In this document: positions 24,301 through 36,200 of the stretch, in pieces
Position numbering within the stretch: the first letter of the stretch is position 1
Layout of the letters: every line of letters begins with the position of its first letter
NCBI GenBank assembly: GCA_000708835.1
Contig: DF236956.1
Coordinates: forward strand, 372,001-436,000
DNA length: 64,000 bases
Source: Klebsormidium nitens
Lineage: Eukaryota; Plantae; Klebsormidiophyceae
Direction: 5' to 3'
Translations under genes and position numbers: made by a program
Notes under the pieces: model-generated
The model's input: only the letters and a program-made list of their open reading frames with translations
Told to the model about the DNA's origin: nothing
Database searches by the model: none

Positions 24301-24329
24301 AACCAGTCCACGTTTTGCGGCTGCTATAG
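21320..24329 (+). CDS. DUF268-family SAM-methyltransferase-like type II membrane protein, 2 exons, ~323 aa
   Basis: Exons 21320-22129 and 24168-24329. N-terminal hydrophobic anchor (AAATVLTGLCLLILFL). Motifs KTVLVVGSITPWAE, SFSSLEHDGLGRFGDP, GGLFFLAVPTGKDHLVFNAHR|VYGRKRL..LFEGW match DUF268 as I recall it. Confidence 0.82.
23790..24060 (+). repeat. Two intronic copies of the acceptor and start of DUF268 exon 2
   Basis: AG at 23810-11 (cag|gtgtagggccataaacgg) and 23995-96 (cag|gtagacggccgaaaacggctagctctgctctttgaaggctggga) versus the functional AG at 24166-67 (cag|gtgtacggccgaaaacggcttgcgctcctgtttgaaggctggga). Spacings are 185 and 171 bp. Confidence 0.88.
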
Positions 24330-26149
24330 CCGCCCCGGCCTTATATCAGACCGCTTAGAAATGTAGACAAGGCGGTTAAGCTAATTGCCGCATGTGGACT
24401 CGTAGCGTTGGAAGCCGCTGCGCAAGATGTTGCTAACATATAAGCAGACTCGCAAGTTGATTGACTCGAATGTGATGGGGCCGCACGCACCGCACGGCAA
24501 AGCTGGATCATGCTTGACTTAGGTTACATCGCCGGTCACTGGCCGTTCAGTTTTCCTCTGTTTAATAGCTGGCCGTCATGGCAATTCGACAATCATATTA
24601 ATACTTCAATTACCGAAGGCGGACGTTTTACAGTCATGCCCGCGCGGCTGTTCGATTACAACATATGCACTCCACATGACACCGCCGCTAGGACTTGCCG
24701 CCCACTGATCAGTGCATGATCGATGTGCCATGCACAAACTTGTTGCAAGAATGTTCTTCGAGTACATTCATGTTTTGGGTACGTATGCATGAGCTGGCAG
24801 CCGTGCACCGGCCAGCCCTCCAGCAGCACTGAGCAGACCATGTATTTCGAGATGGGCCGCCACGCTGGTCGGCCTATGGCGCTGTAGTTTTGCATAAGGT
24901 ACGTAAGCCACTATATTGGCCGAGCCGAATCGCAAGAAGTCACCTTTAAGCCGTTCAGCAACGATGATCACTGAGCGACAGATCCAGTTCCTTGATTAAT
25001 TGAAGCAATTCTGAATCTCGGCTCAAATATCTGTTCAAACCGGCTGAGTCCATCCGACGTTTCAATTTGCAAAGTAGAACGCGATTCGAATGAGCGCGCT
25101 CATGCATACCAACTTTACGAGTCGGACGGGTGCAAAGCCTGTGTTGTCCGATCGAAGCCTCTTGAAGACCAATATCTGGAAGGTTCTTGATCTCCATGCG
25201 AAAGCCGGCGAGAGTACCATGCGAGAATATATTTGCGCTTGTGGGCTACAACGACAGTCTGCGCTTCATTCGGAAAACAGTCGTACTATGATTTTCAAAA
25301 TCGAACTGTTGCCCTTCTAGGCCATACTAGTACACCGACGTTGAAAGCTGAGCATCGTTGGAAGGCGGAATGAAAAGGATGTTAGATCAATCAAGGCACT
25401 CTGTTCACTTCGACATTCTAACGAAGGAGCTATGGCCTTGGAAATGCTGTCGGTGGGAGCTCTTCACAAAAGGTTTCCTCAATTGGCACGAAGCCATGAC
25501 ACGTTTCGATGTATGAAGCTTTCTCAATCTGCGTATGGCATCACTAGGTACGTTTATCATTCGACCTAGCTATCTCACAGTATTGGTGGGCTTTCTGCGA
25601 CGACGTTAAGCACTTTCGCTACTTTCTTAACGTCACAGATGTGCCCAAATGTGTTGTCAAAAGTTTCTGCTAAGTGACTGCGCCTGCTTATCAATACAAT
25701 TCAAATCTAGAGTGGAAGAGCGTGCTTGCAATCCAAGGGCAGTCTGAGTGCGGTGCTGTGCAGCATTAAACTGGTTTCTTGCCAGCGGAACCAGCGTGAG
25801 ACGAGGAGTCGCCGAAACGACATCTGACATTCATGATGGATCGTCGCCTCTCGAATGTGCACTCATCACTCATCTAGCGCTTCTCGGAAGCCTGGCATGT
25901 GCATTCTGCGTGCGGAAGGCGCCGTGCATGCATTCGGTAAAGTTACACCAGACGGGGAAAAGAGCGCGGGTTACGGAAGGTTGGTTAACGTTCCGGCCTA
26001 ACTCTAAGGAACTGCTTACGAATGCAATCTTTCCTGTGGGACCTAGAATAACTTCCAACCAACCGTGGGTTATGCCCTCCTTGAGCAAGGTGTGTTGATG
26101 TTAGATGATCCTTCACAAAGCCTGGTCGTCGAGAGGGCACCGATTTTCC

Positions 26150-26936
26150 CATGCATGCAAATTTGCGTTTCGGTGCAACCTATGCATGGTTTTCCGAGTC
26201 CATGACACAGCTCAAACAGTGCATGCAAATGCACGGCGCCGTTGCCGGCGGCGTCGTCTGTCAGAACCATATGGTACGACGGCAAAAGTTGGCGCCGCAA
26301 GCGACACGTGCAAGTGTAAGAACTGAGACATGGGGGCAATCACGTGGGCTACGTCGCCCCATCTGAACGAAGAAGCCGAGATTTGCACAGCTTTAAAGGC
26401 CATGTCGCGTGATTTGCCAAGATGCTCGCGCAAAGTGGCGGCGCTTTATCGCTCACGTCTGCGCTCGCTTAGAGTGCCTGTGATCTGCGCATGTACAACT
26501 ACTCTATAGCGCCTCAGTCCGGTCAGGGAAGAAAGCCTGTGGGCCCTTCGGAGAGACGCATGGGTAGGTATGCACGTTTCATCTCATGAAACATAATGCC
26601 ATCTTCGGTCACGCCACAGGAAGGACTCGGAGTACGTGCATGATGAGCATGCCCACAAATTCTTCTGAATGCATCACTGTGGGGGGTCCAGGGAGACGAA
26701 CTTGGCAGCTGAGCGCAACGTTCTCGCAGACTGATCCTTCTTAGCTGCTGAGACAGGGACTTGGACGTTGCCTGCAGCTTAAAGACAAAGCTCTTCTTGC
26801 ACCTTTCCTTCCTTCCTCTCATCGTCTCTGGTAGCTGTCAGCAGACCGCCCCCCAAGCAGCTCTTTCAGGGCTGCTTCTCACCAGCTCGCGTCGTTCTTC
26901 ATTCCTCACCTCCTTCGCACCCGCCATCTGACGTCA
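26150..26936 (+). promoter_or_regulatory. Putative GolS upstream region with RY and G-box/ABRE-like motifs
   Basis: CATGCATG at 26150-26157, CACGTG at 26305-26310, CACGTGG at 26341-26347 and TGACGTCA at 26929-26936. These are short motifs, common in this window, so support is weak. Confidence 0.3.
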
Positions 26937-26946
26937 ACCTGACGCC

Positions 26947-29900
26947 ATGGACGACCTCGCGCGCACCATGTGCGCGCCCCGCCCTCAGCGCCGGGCATTC
27001 GTGAGCTTCCTCCTGGGCGCGGGCGATTACGTCAAGGGGGTGGTCGCGCTCGCTAAAAGCCTGCGCGCGGTTCGAAGCGCGTACCCCCTGGTCGTGGCGG
27101 TCACGGAGTGCGTCCCGCTCGCGCACAGGAAGCTGCTGGCGCGCGAGGGGTGCGCGGTGCGCGAGATCGAGAAGGTGGCGCCGCCGGGGGGGTTCAAGTT
27201 CGCGCTGGACTACTACGCGGTAAACTACTCGAAGCTGAGGATCTGGCAGGTGGGTTGGGAAACAAAAAGACGGAAAGGGGAAAGTGTGCACGTGTGAGAT
27301 TTGTGTGCACTTTGCGATCTTTTCAACGACGATGGATCCTACTTGAAGGTTTCCGTCTTTCATCGGGATTTCTCCGGAGGTAGCTTGTTCAAAAGGTTTT
27401 AGCTTTTGTCCAGAGCTGGTGGACTCTATCCTCGAAAATTTGTCGTTTGGGCGGTACTCGAGCCTTCAATTGATTGGGTTTCTGTTCGGACTCTCTGTTT
27501 CTCCTTGGAATACAAGTGTCTTCTTGAAGCTTGGAGCTATCTGTGTTTGACCTTCTGAATCTTGTTCGTTCGACATTCTGCTTCTTTTACGATCGGTGGA
27601 TTTGCAGCAAGTGCTTGACTTCAAGAATACATGTTCGATGGGCTATGTGGCCACAGAATGCGCTCACGAGCTACTTTCAGTCAGATTCGGATCCTCACCG
27701 AAGTGGTGGCAGGGCTTCTGGTCAAGTGAGTAGATTTGAAGAATTGCCACGACATGGATCCGGGCTGAATGCATGGTTGAAAACAAAGCCAATGAAGCAA
27801 TACCTTTTCTTGACGGGACATGGAATGCGTTCTCAGCTTTGAGTTTTAAAGCCCTCACTTCAAAACTTCATTTGCTAACACGTCTCTTTCACATTTACGT
27901 GGCACGACCTTATTGCGTGGTACCTTTTGGATCGCAACCTCCCGACGTTATCCTTCTGAAAACTTCGCTGAATCAAAGTCCATGTAAGTCCTGTCCAGAC
28001 CAAACAAAAGATACTCCCAAAAGATTGCAAGGAGCCCAAAGTACCACTTGTTTGCAAGTAGTTTATGAGGAATCATGCACGAGCTTCGGGCTCTGCATGC
28101 AGTTGACGTTGAGTCGTTGTGCAGATGCTGAGTCAACAGACCCAGTTGTCTGGCCTTTTCGGCTTCGCGGACTCGAGCAACCGGCAAGCGCATCTCCAGC
28201 GTTGTTCCGCTTTTTGCCCTTACTGACGTTTTCGATGGGGGGGGTCAAACGAGCGTTGAAAATATGACATGGGGAGAAGTCGATTTGTCTGGGGCTTAGC
28301 TGGGATTTCACAGATGCTCTTATCTCAGGCTTCCGTTCGTATCTCGTCAATACGGACCCTTGTTTGACGGCTTTGCTAAGAAGTCAGAGTCTATAAATTT
28401 TGTGACTGAAAGAATACTCTACTTATCCGTTTGGGATCGGAATGGAAAGTGGTGACCGCAGAGGATTACACTTGTTCATCTTGTTGGAATTTATGCAGAC
28501 AGGCAGAGTATTAATTTGTTCCAAAACGTGTCGTTCAGCTATCTTGACTGAATCGTGAGAATCCTTTTATTAATCCGATTCGACATTTTCGCATCTACTT
28601 TTGCTCCCGCTCAATAATCGCGCTGGAGCATCGTTCAGGCCAAGTCCAAGTGGAGGGAAATTGGTCTTATCGGTCTCCTTCGCGCTTCTAGACGTGCTTT
28701 GACCGCCTATCTAGGTTGCTTTCTTCGTTCTTCCAGTCATATTCTACAACGTGGAATGAACCTGTTCCAATTTTCTCCTTGCAGACTGAATACCACCACC
28801 AGATCCGCGGCCTTCCGCTTCCGCTGCTTGAAATCCGTTCAGATCGCAGAGGAAGTCCAGTCGGACCGTTGCTCGCGCTTTGCGGAGTGTTATGTGCTAC
28901 CGTCCATTTTTCCTCTGTGCAGTTTGAGGAGTTCGACAAGCTGATCTACCTGGACGCGGACATGCTGCTGTTCCAGAACATCGATGAGCTCTTCGACAGT
29001 CCCCCGGGCACCGTCAGCGGCGTTATGGACTGCTTCTGCGAGGGTGAGGCGCCCGGTTCGTTTCAACTGACCACTTAAGCCTATGTAGAACGCCCGCCAC
29101 TATTTGCAAAACAGCCACCCTGCCTAAATCGGGGTGCTTCCGTCCTTTCCATATCTCGTCTCGCTTGAATTGAGATGGGCGGTTCCACGCAAAAGTGAGC
29201 CGTTAAATTTGCTGCTTCTTGAAACAGTTTGCATGCCGGCCAGTCGCAAGCTGGGTAGACGACAAGTCATTCCGGGTCCCCTCTTTAACGATAATGCTGA
29301 AACCGCTTCAGGCAGAGGACACTTGATGAACTTTGACGCTCCTCTGCTCACGAGCCGAATCTCTACTTTTCTTTGGTGCCCGGATCCATAAGGAAGCCTC
29401 CGATGAGTTCGTACGACGCTCCCTCGTCCTTGACTCGTGCCACGTGGTGTCAGCTCCTGCAGCCACGTGGAGCCAGTGCCTGGTCCAGTACAAGATGGGC
29501 TACTGCCAGCAGGCGCCGCACAAGACGGCGTGGCCCGCGGACGTCCCCAAGCCGCCGCCCTACTTCAACGCAGGGCTGCTCGTCTTCGAGCCCAGCGCAG
29601 CGATCTTCAAGTGAGTTCCTGAAAGCTCTGATCCGCTTTTGAAGAGACTGTAGCATTGATCGAAGGTAGTTCTCCTTGAGTTATCTGCAAGCGACTCGAA
29701 CATCATCTGGGCGAGATTCCGTTTCCTGGAGTGGACCCGCGATTTGTTTCCTGGAGTGGACCCGCGATTTGTCAGGTGGAAAGAACGTCAAAGGCCCGTA
29801 TCGAGAGCTGGCTGCCGTTGTTGTATCATCGAAGCGGATTGAGAATCCGCCCTCGACTGGGGTGAGATAGAGAGCGAACTGTAGCTCGAGACTTCCTTAG

Positions 29901-31230
29901 ACGAGCGAACAGTTTCGTTGTGGAGGAAAGAGATAGCCAGGATGTCTTCGACATAATGGGACTTAGAAAAATCAGTGCATCGCTTGAATTCTCACCAAGG
30001 GAAGAAGTGGACGTCCTTCGCGTCGTCCTTTGAAGACTTCTGTGCTTGTAGAAAGCCCAAATTCTCCTCCGGCTAATGGGAGAGAAGCGCCGTCGCCAGC
30101 ATTGGCGGTGGGCTGAGCTTTGGCAGAAGCCGATACAGGACAATGGACAAAATTATTGCAACTGATGGCAGAGAACGCATCCCTCAAGGACTGCTGTGAA
30201 ACAATACATCGATACGTCGTTTTTCTCTGTGTGACTCCATTCCGGCCTTCCGCTGACACACCTTCTTCTCCAGGGACATGATGAAGAAAATAACGGAGTG
30301 GCCGCCGACACCGTTCGCGGAGCAGGACTTCTGCCATCCTCGCTGTTGCCGTCATTTTCGCTGTGTAACTCCGTTCCGGCCTTCCGCTGACGTCATAACT
30401 CCTCCTCTCCAGGGACATGATGCAGAAAATAGTGGAGTGGCCGCCGACGCCGTTCGCGGTGCAGGACTTTCTGAACCGGTACTTCGACCGTTCTCGCTGA
30501 TGCCTTTGGCTTTGCTTGAGCCCATTCCGGCCTTGCGCTGATTCCGTTGACGTCACACAGGGACATGATGAAGAAGATAGCGGAGTGGCCGCCGACGCCA
30601 TTCGCGGAGCAGGACTTTCTGAACCGGTACTTCGAGGGCGTGTACCGGCCGCTCCCGCTGTGCTACAACCTGGTGCTGGCCATGCTCTGGCGGCACCCGG
30701 AGAACGTCGGCGACGTCAGCAACGTCAAGAACGTGCACTACTGCGCAGCGGTGAGGTTTCAGTCCTGATCGTTTCTGAGGACGAGACTGTTATTGCTCGA
30801 TGGAACTGCGCAGCGGTGAGGCTGAAGTGCCAGCTCGATCGGTTTGAACGACCTTGGCAAGGTCGGAAACGTGCGTTCCTGCGCGCCGGTGAAGGGACAC
30901 CACGACTGAGGTGCTGTGTCCACCTCGCTTCTAGCAGCTTCGAACTGTCCATCGTCGCCCAGTCGCCGTGACATCAGCATCTGAAAGCTCCCCTTTGCCA
31001 CGTGGCAGGGCTCCAAGCCGTGGAACTTCGAACCGGACGCGCCGTACATGGACCTCCCGGACGTCCGCCGCTTCGTCGCCCATTGGGTGAAGATCTACAA
31101 CTCGGAGTCGCATTCGAGCCCGGCGCACCTTTTCGAGTCGCGCGACGCGGCCGCGCGCGCGCAGGCGAAGGCGCGGCCCCTGGCCGCGGTCGCGCCCGGA
31201 AACCTCCTGGCGAAGGGCATCACGGCATAG
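26947..31230 (+). CDS. GOLS: Galactinol synthase (GT8), 5 exons, ~327 aa
   Basis: Exons 26947-27249, 28923-29043, 29463-29610, 30561-30750 and 31009-31230. Motifs RAFVSFL.GAGDYVKGVVALAKSLR, NYSKLRIW, IYLDAD (DxD), DCFCE, YFNAG, PTPFAEQDFLN, YNLVLAMLWRHPEN, HYCAAGSKPW. Confidence 0.96.
30240..30821 (+). repeat. Junction echoes around GolS exon 4: two acceptor copies and one donor copy
   Basis: cag|ggacatgatg.agaa.ata..ggagtggccgccgac.cc.ttcgcgg.gcaggactt starts at 30274 and 30413 (functional start 30561). The donor copy actgcgcagcg|gtgagg is at 30805-30821 (functional donor 30750|30751). Confidence 0.92.
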
Positions 31231-33272
31231 TAGTCGTCTGGAAGCGCGGCGCCGCGCGCGCGAAGGCGGAGGCGCCCTCCCGGCCGCATACGCGCAGCAA
31301 AAGGCTTTTGTTGGCCCGGGCCAATCAGAATGTTTGGCCGTTCAGGATCGGAGCTAGGTTTTAGTGCGGTGCTCACGTAGGAGGTGAAGCCATGGAACCT
31401 AATATCCTACTAGTTCTACAGCTTTCGGTTTTCAGGGCCGCGCTACTCAAAAGTTTTGGTAATCGCTTAGCAGGTGTAGGGCCTCTGAGGTCAGCCCATA
31501 GACGGCTAGTACATGCGCGCCGCGCTGCGTAGAAAGTACGGGCGGTCAAAGTGGGAAAAAGTTAGAAGGCTCGAGAGCCCACTTAAAACCTAGTCCGAGT
31601 CAAAGGTGAAACGCCCGGCTCGAACCTTTAACATGGTCAGGTCGACTGTCGAAGCAGCATAGGTTAGATCGATAATCTGTAGTGAAGCCATCACTAATAG
31701 GCCGCTACGCGTTCGAGAGGGGAGCCTGTCAAGGCTAGCGATGGAGCGAGGAAGTGTCGTGGTTCCGAGAAAGAGACGCTTGACTTGTAGCTTGCGGAGC
31801 TAGTACGACATTCCGGACGCGCACAAGATCCAACGATTATGGCTTCGACCGTTGGCACTGAGTCCAGTGGCCGAGACATGCAAGATCTTGTATACAAGGG
31901 TTCCGGTTGGATTTGGCTCTATGAAAGTACGAGGGGTCGTGAGTCGGCAAGAGAGATGGCGCGTGAGAAGTAATATGGGAATTGTGTATCTTTCTTCGCT
32001 CATTCCTTTATGACAATTGCTGATACATAGACGTAACATCAAACTCGTAACATCAAACACTCCGGGTCGAAGGCTCGCTTGAGTCCTACTTGGAAGGCTA
32101 TCGAGCGCACAGCTTCATCTGCGCCTCTCCATGCTTTTCCTGTCGGGTGATTTGTCCAGCCACCAGTTCACTCGCATCCGCTGAATTGATTCCTGAGGCA
32201 TGGAGTTTGCATTTGTGTCACGCCATTTTATTGCCACGGTCTCTAGACGTTGTCATGGGACAAAAGGATTCAGTAACAACGTCGTGATGTTGATTAAATA
32301 GAACTTTACAGAAACTAGAATGCAAGCGGTATCGTAGCCAGAACTCAAGACTACAAGAGTCAAGACTCCCAATGAAGGGTAATTCAATGTTGGATTGCGG
32401 TGAGCTTCTTAAAATTTTGAAGCATGCAGTTTGCATTTGTCTCATGACCCACCACATGCGCCACGTTCTTTGTCCGTTGTCGTTGGTAACACTTTTAATG
32501 GCAACGCGTATCGTCAACACGACTTCACAATCTCACAGATCCTAGAAGACTAGAATGCAAGCGGTATTTCAGCCAAATCAAGGCAAAGTCTGAGAAGCTC
32601 CGATTGAAGTGATCCAACATGACTGGAATGCAATACGCTCCGATCTTCCTACACGAATTGTTTGAGCGGGCCTGATATCAAGACGTCAAGGTTATAAAAT
32701 ACCAGTGCGTATATACGCTCTGACTCAGCTGTGCATATTGACATTCACTTTTATGATTGGCTCGTGACGTTGACAAGCCGGTTGACTCCGGCGGATAATA
32801 GGATCTGACTGGAGCGGACAATCACAAACGCGATAAGATTCAGAATCAAGATCGTGCAATCCTTGGAGGAGCGAAATCCATTTGTGGGCCACTTGTAGAA
32901 GCCGCCCGTCGGAGGCTTATGATTTTCGGAGCAACCTGAGAATGCTTTCGACCCGTCCGATCGCACGTAGTGATTCTGATGAGATATAAGCTGTCGATGT
33001 GATCGAGGGCTTTGTCCTAATCGACGGCACAAAGACATGCTGGTTAATCGACGGCAGACGTCGGTCGTACTGCCCTTACGAGTTTTCAAACGCCTTCAGG
33101 CTTGAAGAACGACCCAGAACTGCAGCTCTCGCTCAAGACGTTGCACTGTGGGTGGCATCCTCTGCAATTTGCAAGCACAGCACACTGTGAATCCGATCGT
33201 TTTCAAAGAAGCAAGAAAGCATTGAAATGTGAACGGACTCGTGCAGTTCACATTCTTCAGAATTTTGCAAGC

Positions 33273-36200
33273 ATGGATCGCCGCGGGGCCTCGCTAACCG
33301 CCTTGGCCCTCATTCTTCTTGTCTGCAACAATGCATTCCTGGCGCATGCTTATGAAGCAAAAAGCAGGCCCGCAGTGAACATCCGCAAGGGGCTGGCTTT
33401 GGGACGGACAGCATCTTACTTTGCTGCTGCTGGTGGTGAAAGCTTTCCCCCCGCACCTTTGATGCCAATCCCAAATGCAAGACAGGTGCGCTGCAAACTA
33501 AGCTATGTATTTCCGAGTGTCTGGCTGGAAGGATGCACATAGATGGCCTGGTCTTACTCCCACTCATCTACCTTGATTGGTTACCAGCTGTGTGGCAATT
33601 TCACTATCTTTAAAGTTTGAAAATTTGATTCACTTTTTACACTAAAGACCATAATTTCTGCTCTTGTTGATAATAAGCCTTTGCCGCATGTTTTGGACTG
33701 CAATTCAAGCAAGCCTGGATTACTTGCTTTCATTAGCAATGTGCAGAGCTGCAGCTGCGAGCTCCAAGTCTCCACAAACTAGTGGTATACTGTGATAACA
33801 TTTGAGAACAGCAGTGCTCATTGTGGAGACTGTAGCTGGCAAGAATCTCCTTTCCAATGTCTCAGGATAGGAAGAAGCTGTGTCTCAAACAGCTGATGCT
33901 TCTGTCGTGATAGCAGGCCTGCTTTTATTGCTGCGTTCAATCTGACTGCGAAGAGCAAGCTGAAGATTCTGGCCCCACAATGGGCATCAGCTTTGATACA
34001 CTTCTTATTTCTTGCTTCCAATCAGCCAGGGACTGGGACTCACCCTATATTCTTAAGCAATGATTATCTAGCCTAAATTGCCAGAAAGTTCTCATCAGCA
34101 TTGACATACAAATGTCTGATTTATCTAACATGATTCAGGCAGTCTACAGTCCTGAGCAACATAAAACCATCAAAACATGTAGGGGAGAAGTCTCAGAGGA
34201 GCAGTCACTTTCTCTGCAGTTGAAGTGGGAGCGAGGGGAACTTTCCATGTTCCTCCACTTTGGCATCAACACTTTCCACGACGTCGAGGTTGGGAGCGGG
34301 ATGGAGGATCCCGCTTCCTTCAACCCCACAGAACTCAATGCAACACAATGGGCGGAGGCCGCAAAGCATGCTGGCTTCCAGTTTGTTGTCATAGTTGCAA
34401 AGGTGAAGTCAATCCTGAATTGGTTTTTCGCATCGCTTACTTTTGCAAAAAGTGTTTTCGCATCGCTTACTGTTGCAAAAAGTGTTTCTATGAGGCGCCG
34501 TGGGAGGGGCATCTGACATCCCTTCTGATGTGGGATCAGGCGCCTTGAAATCAGGTTGAAGCAAGGGCAGTAATGGCGTCTTTGCTTATGGCTACATCTT
34601 TTGACATGTTCCTTTCTCTCAGCTGTGAGTTTCTCAAAACAATGACAACTGACAACTTCGTTGTTTGGTTGCTGCGGCCAAGTTCAGATTCGAAAATGCC
34701 TGCTTACATTGACAAAATCTGGTGCTGTCAGGATCTTTTGGTTGACTCCTAATGCTTTCTTCCATGCTTCTTTGCTCCCAATCCATCTCACAAAGCTGGA
34801 CAGAAGATTAGGAAGTAGTGGTTTTGTACGCCTTCATGTTTCAAACGCCTTCATCTTTCGAACGTAACAAATACTCGCCCCCCGGTTTTCAGAGTTCAGT
34901 GGTCCTCAACAGTTGAGCTCATGGCCTTACAAGCAGCTACTCTTTGTCGAAGATACTCTATTTCGTTAAACATATATCTTCAGGCTCAAGGTGACATTTG
35001 TTTGGAGTCCCTAAAATACAGATACCTGCCAGTCAAAAGGCAGAATCTTTGATGTCTGTCCTCAAAAGCCCCGGGGTCAATACCCATCCAATGACGCCAC
35101 CCCCAGGTGACTGGCAGCCCCTTTCGGGGGGCAGCAGGATTGGGTGCCCTACAAAGTCATACATTTGCAGGAAAACATTGGGGAACCCGAAAACGTTGAG
35201 AACTTTACAGATGTGCAGCAACGGTTACTGCAACTGCCTTTCAATCACACAACCCATTTGACCGCCGCCAGGCCCTTTGGTGAGAACAAGGGCCGACGTC
35301 ATCGGCTGGCAGAATCAGAAAGTCTTCTAATCCATATGCTTCTCTGCAGCACCCCGATGGCTTTTGCAACTGGCCGTCCAAGTACACCACGCACTCTGTA
35401 GCGGCCAGCCCCTTCCGTGGGGGTAAGGGCGACGTGGTGCGCGAGGTCTCGGATGCCGCGCGCGAGGTGGGGATAGGATTCGGGCTGTATTTAGCCCCCT
35501 GGGACAAGCACGAGCCGACGTACGGGAACACGAGGCTGTACAATGAGTATTACATGGGCCAGCTGACCGAGATAATGTCAGAGTGAGTTACCGCACTGCA
35601 ATTACCATTCGCTCCACGCTGGTGCGAACAATTCAGATTTGATAGCTTTTGTATTTTCGCACCGACTCTCGAGGACATTTTGAGCTTATTGCAGAAGACC
35701 TTGTTTTGTTTTTCCACACTCCTTTTTTATATATCTTTTCTTCGCATGTCGTAAGATGGTAGGTTGGTTTTGTCGCAGCGGCCTCTGAATAACCAATAAT
35801 TGTAGTGCAAATGGGAATGGCAGTAAGGTAAAGAAAGTAGGGTGTTGTTGCCGACGAAACCGAGATTGTGGTCCCAACTCCTAGTCAAAAAGAAACTAGT
35901 GAAAGGAGACTATTTACATGGTTTACGTCGGTTTCGGCAGGCTGAAGAAGGCAGGTGCTGCCCCTTGCCTCGGTATGTTGATGCTAACGGAGGTACACAA
36001 AGGGTGCACGAGTCGGTCCTGTAAGAGGACTGAAGTTGATGCTCTTAACGAACCTTTGTCTTAGTGGAGAGCACGCAGGAGAACGACGAAAGATGCAGTC
36101 CTTTCGAGACGATCTCCTGGATTTGAAGTGGCAGCATAGAGCCAAAGCGATTTTGACTCTTCTCAGTCGGTATGATTTTTGAACAATTCTCTCGTAGAGC

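Noticed and set aside
24740-25330. Short ORFs in the DUF268-GolS intergenic region
   Set aside because: No homology cues and no convincing splice-compatible chain.
2770-34490. Small local tandem duplications (2770-2830, 29735-29770, 34425-34490)
   Set aside because: Two or three copies of 20-30 bp with no spacers. These are not CRISPR arrays, and there are no cas genes in a eukaryotic context.
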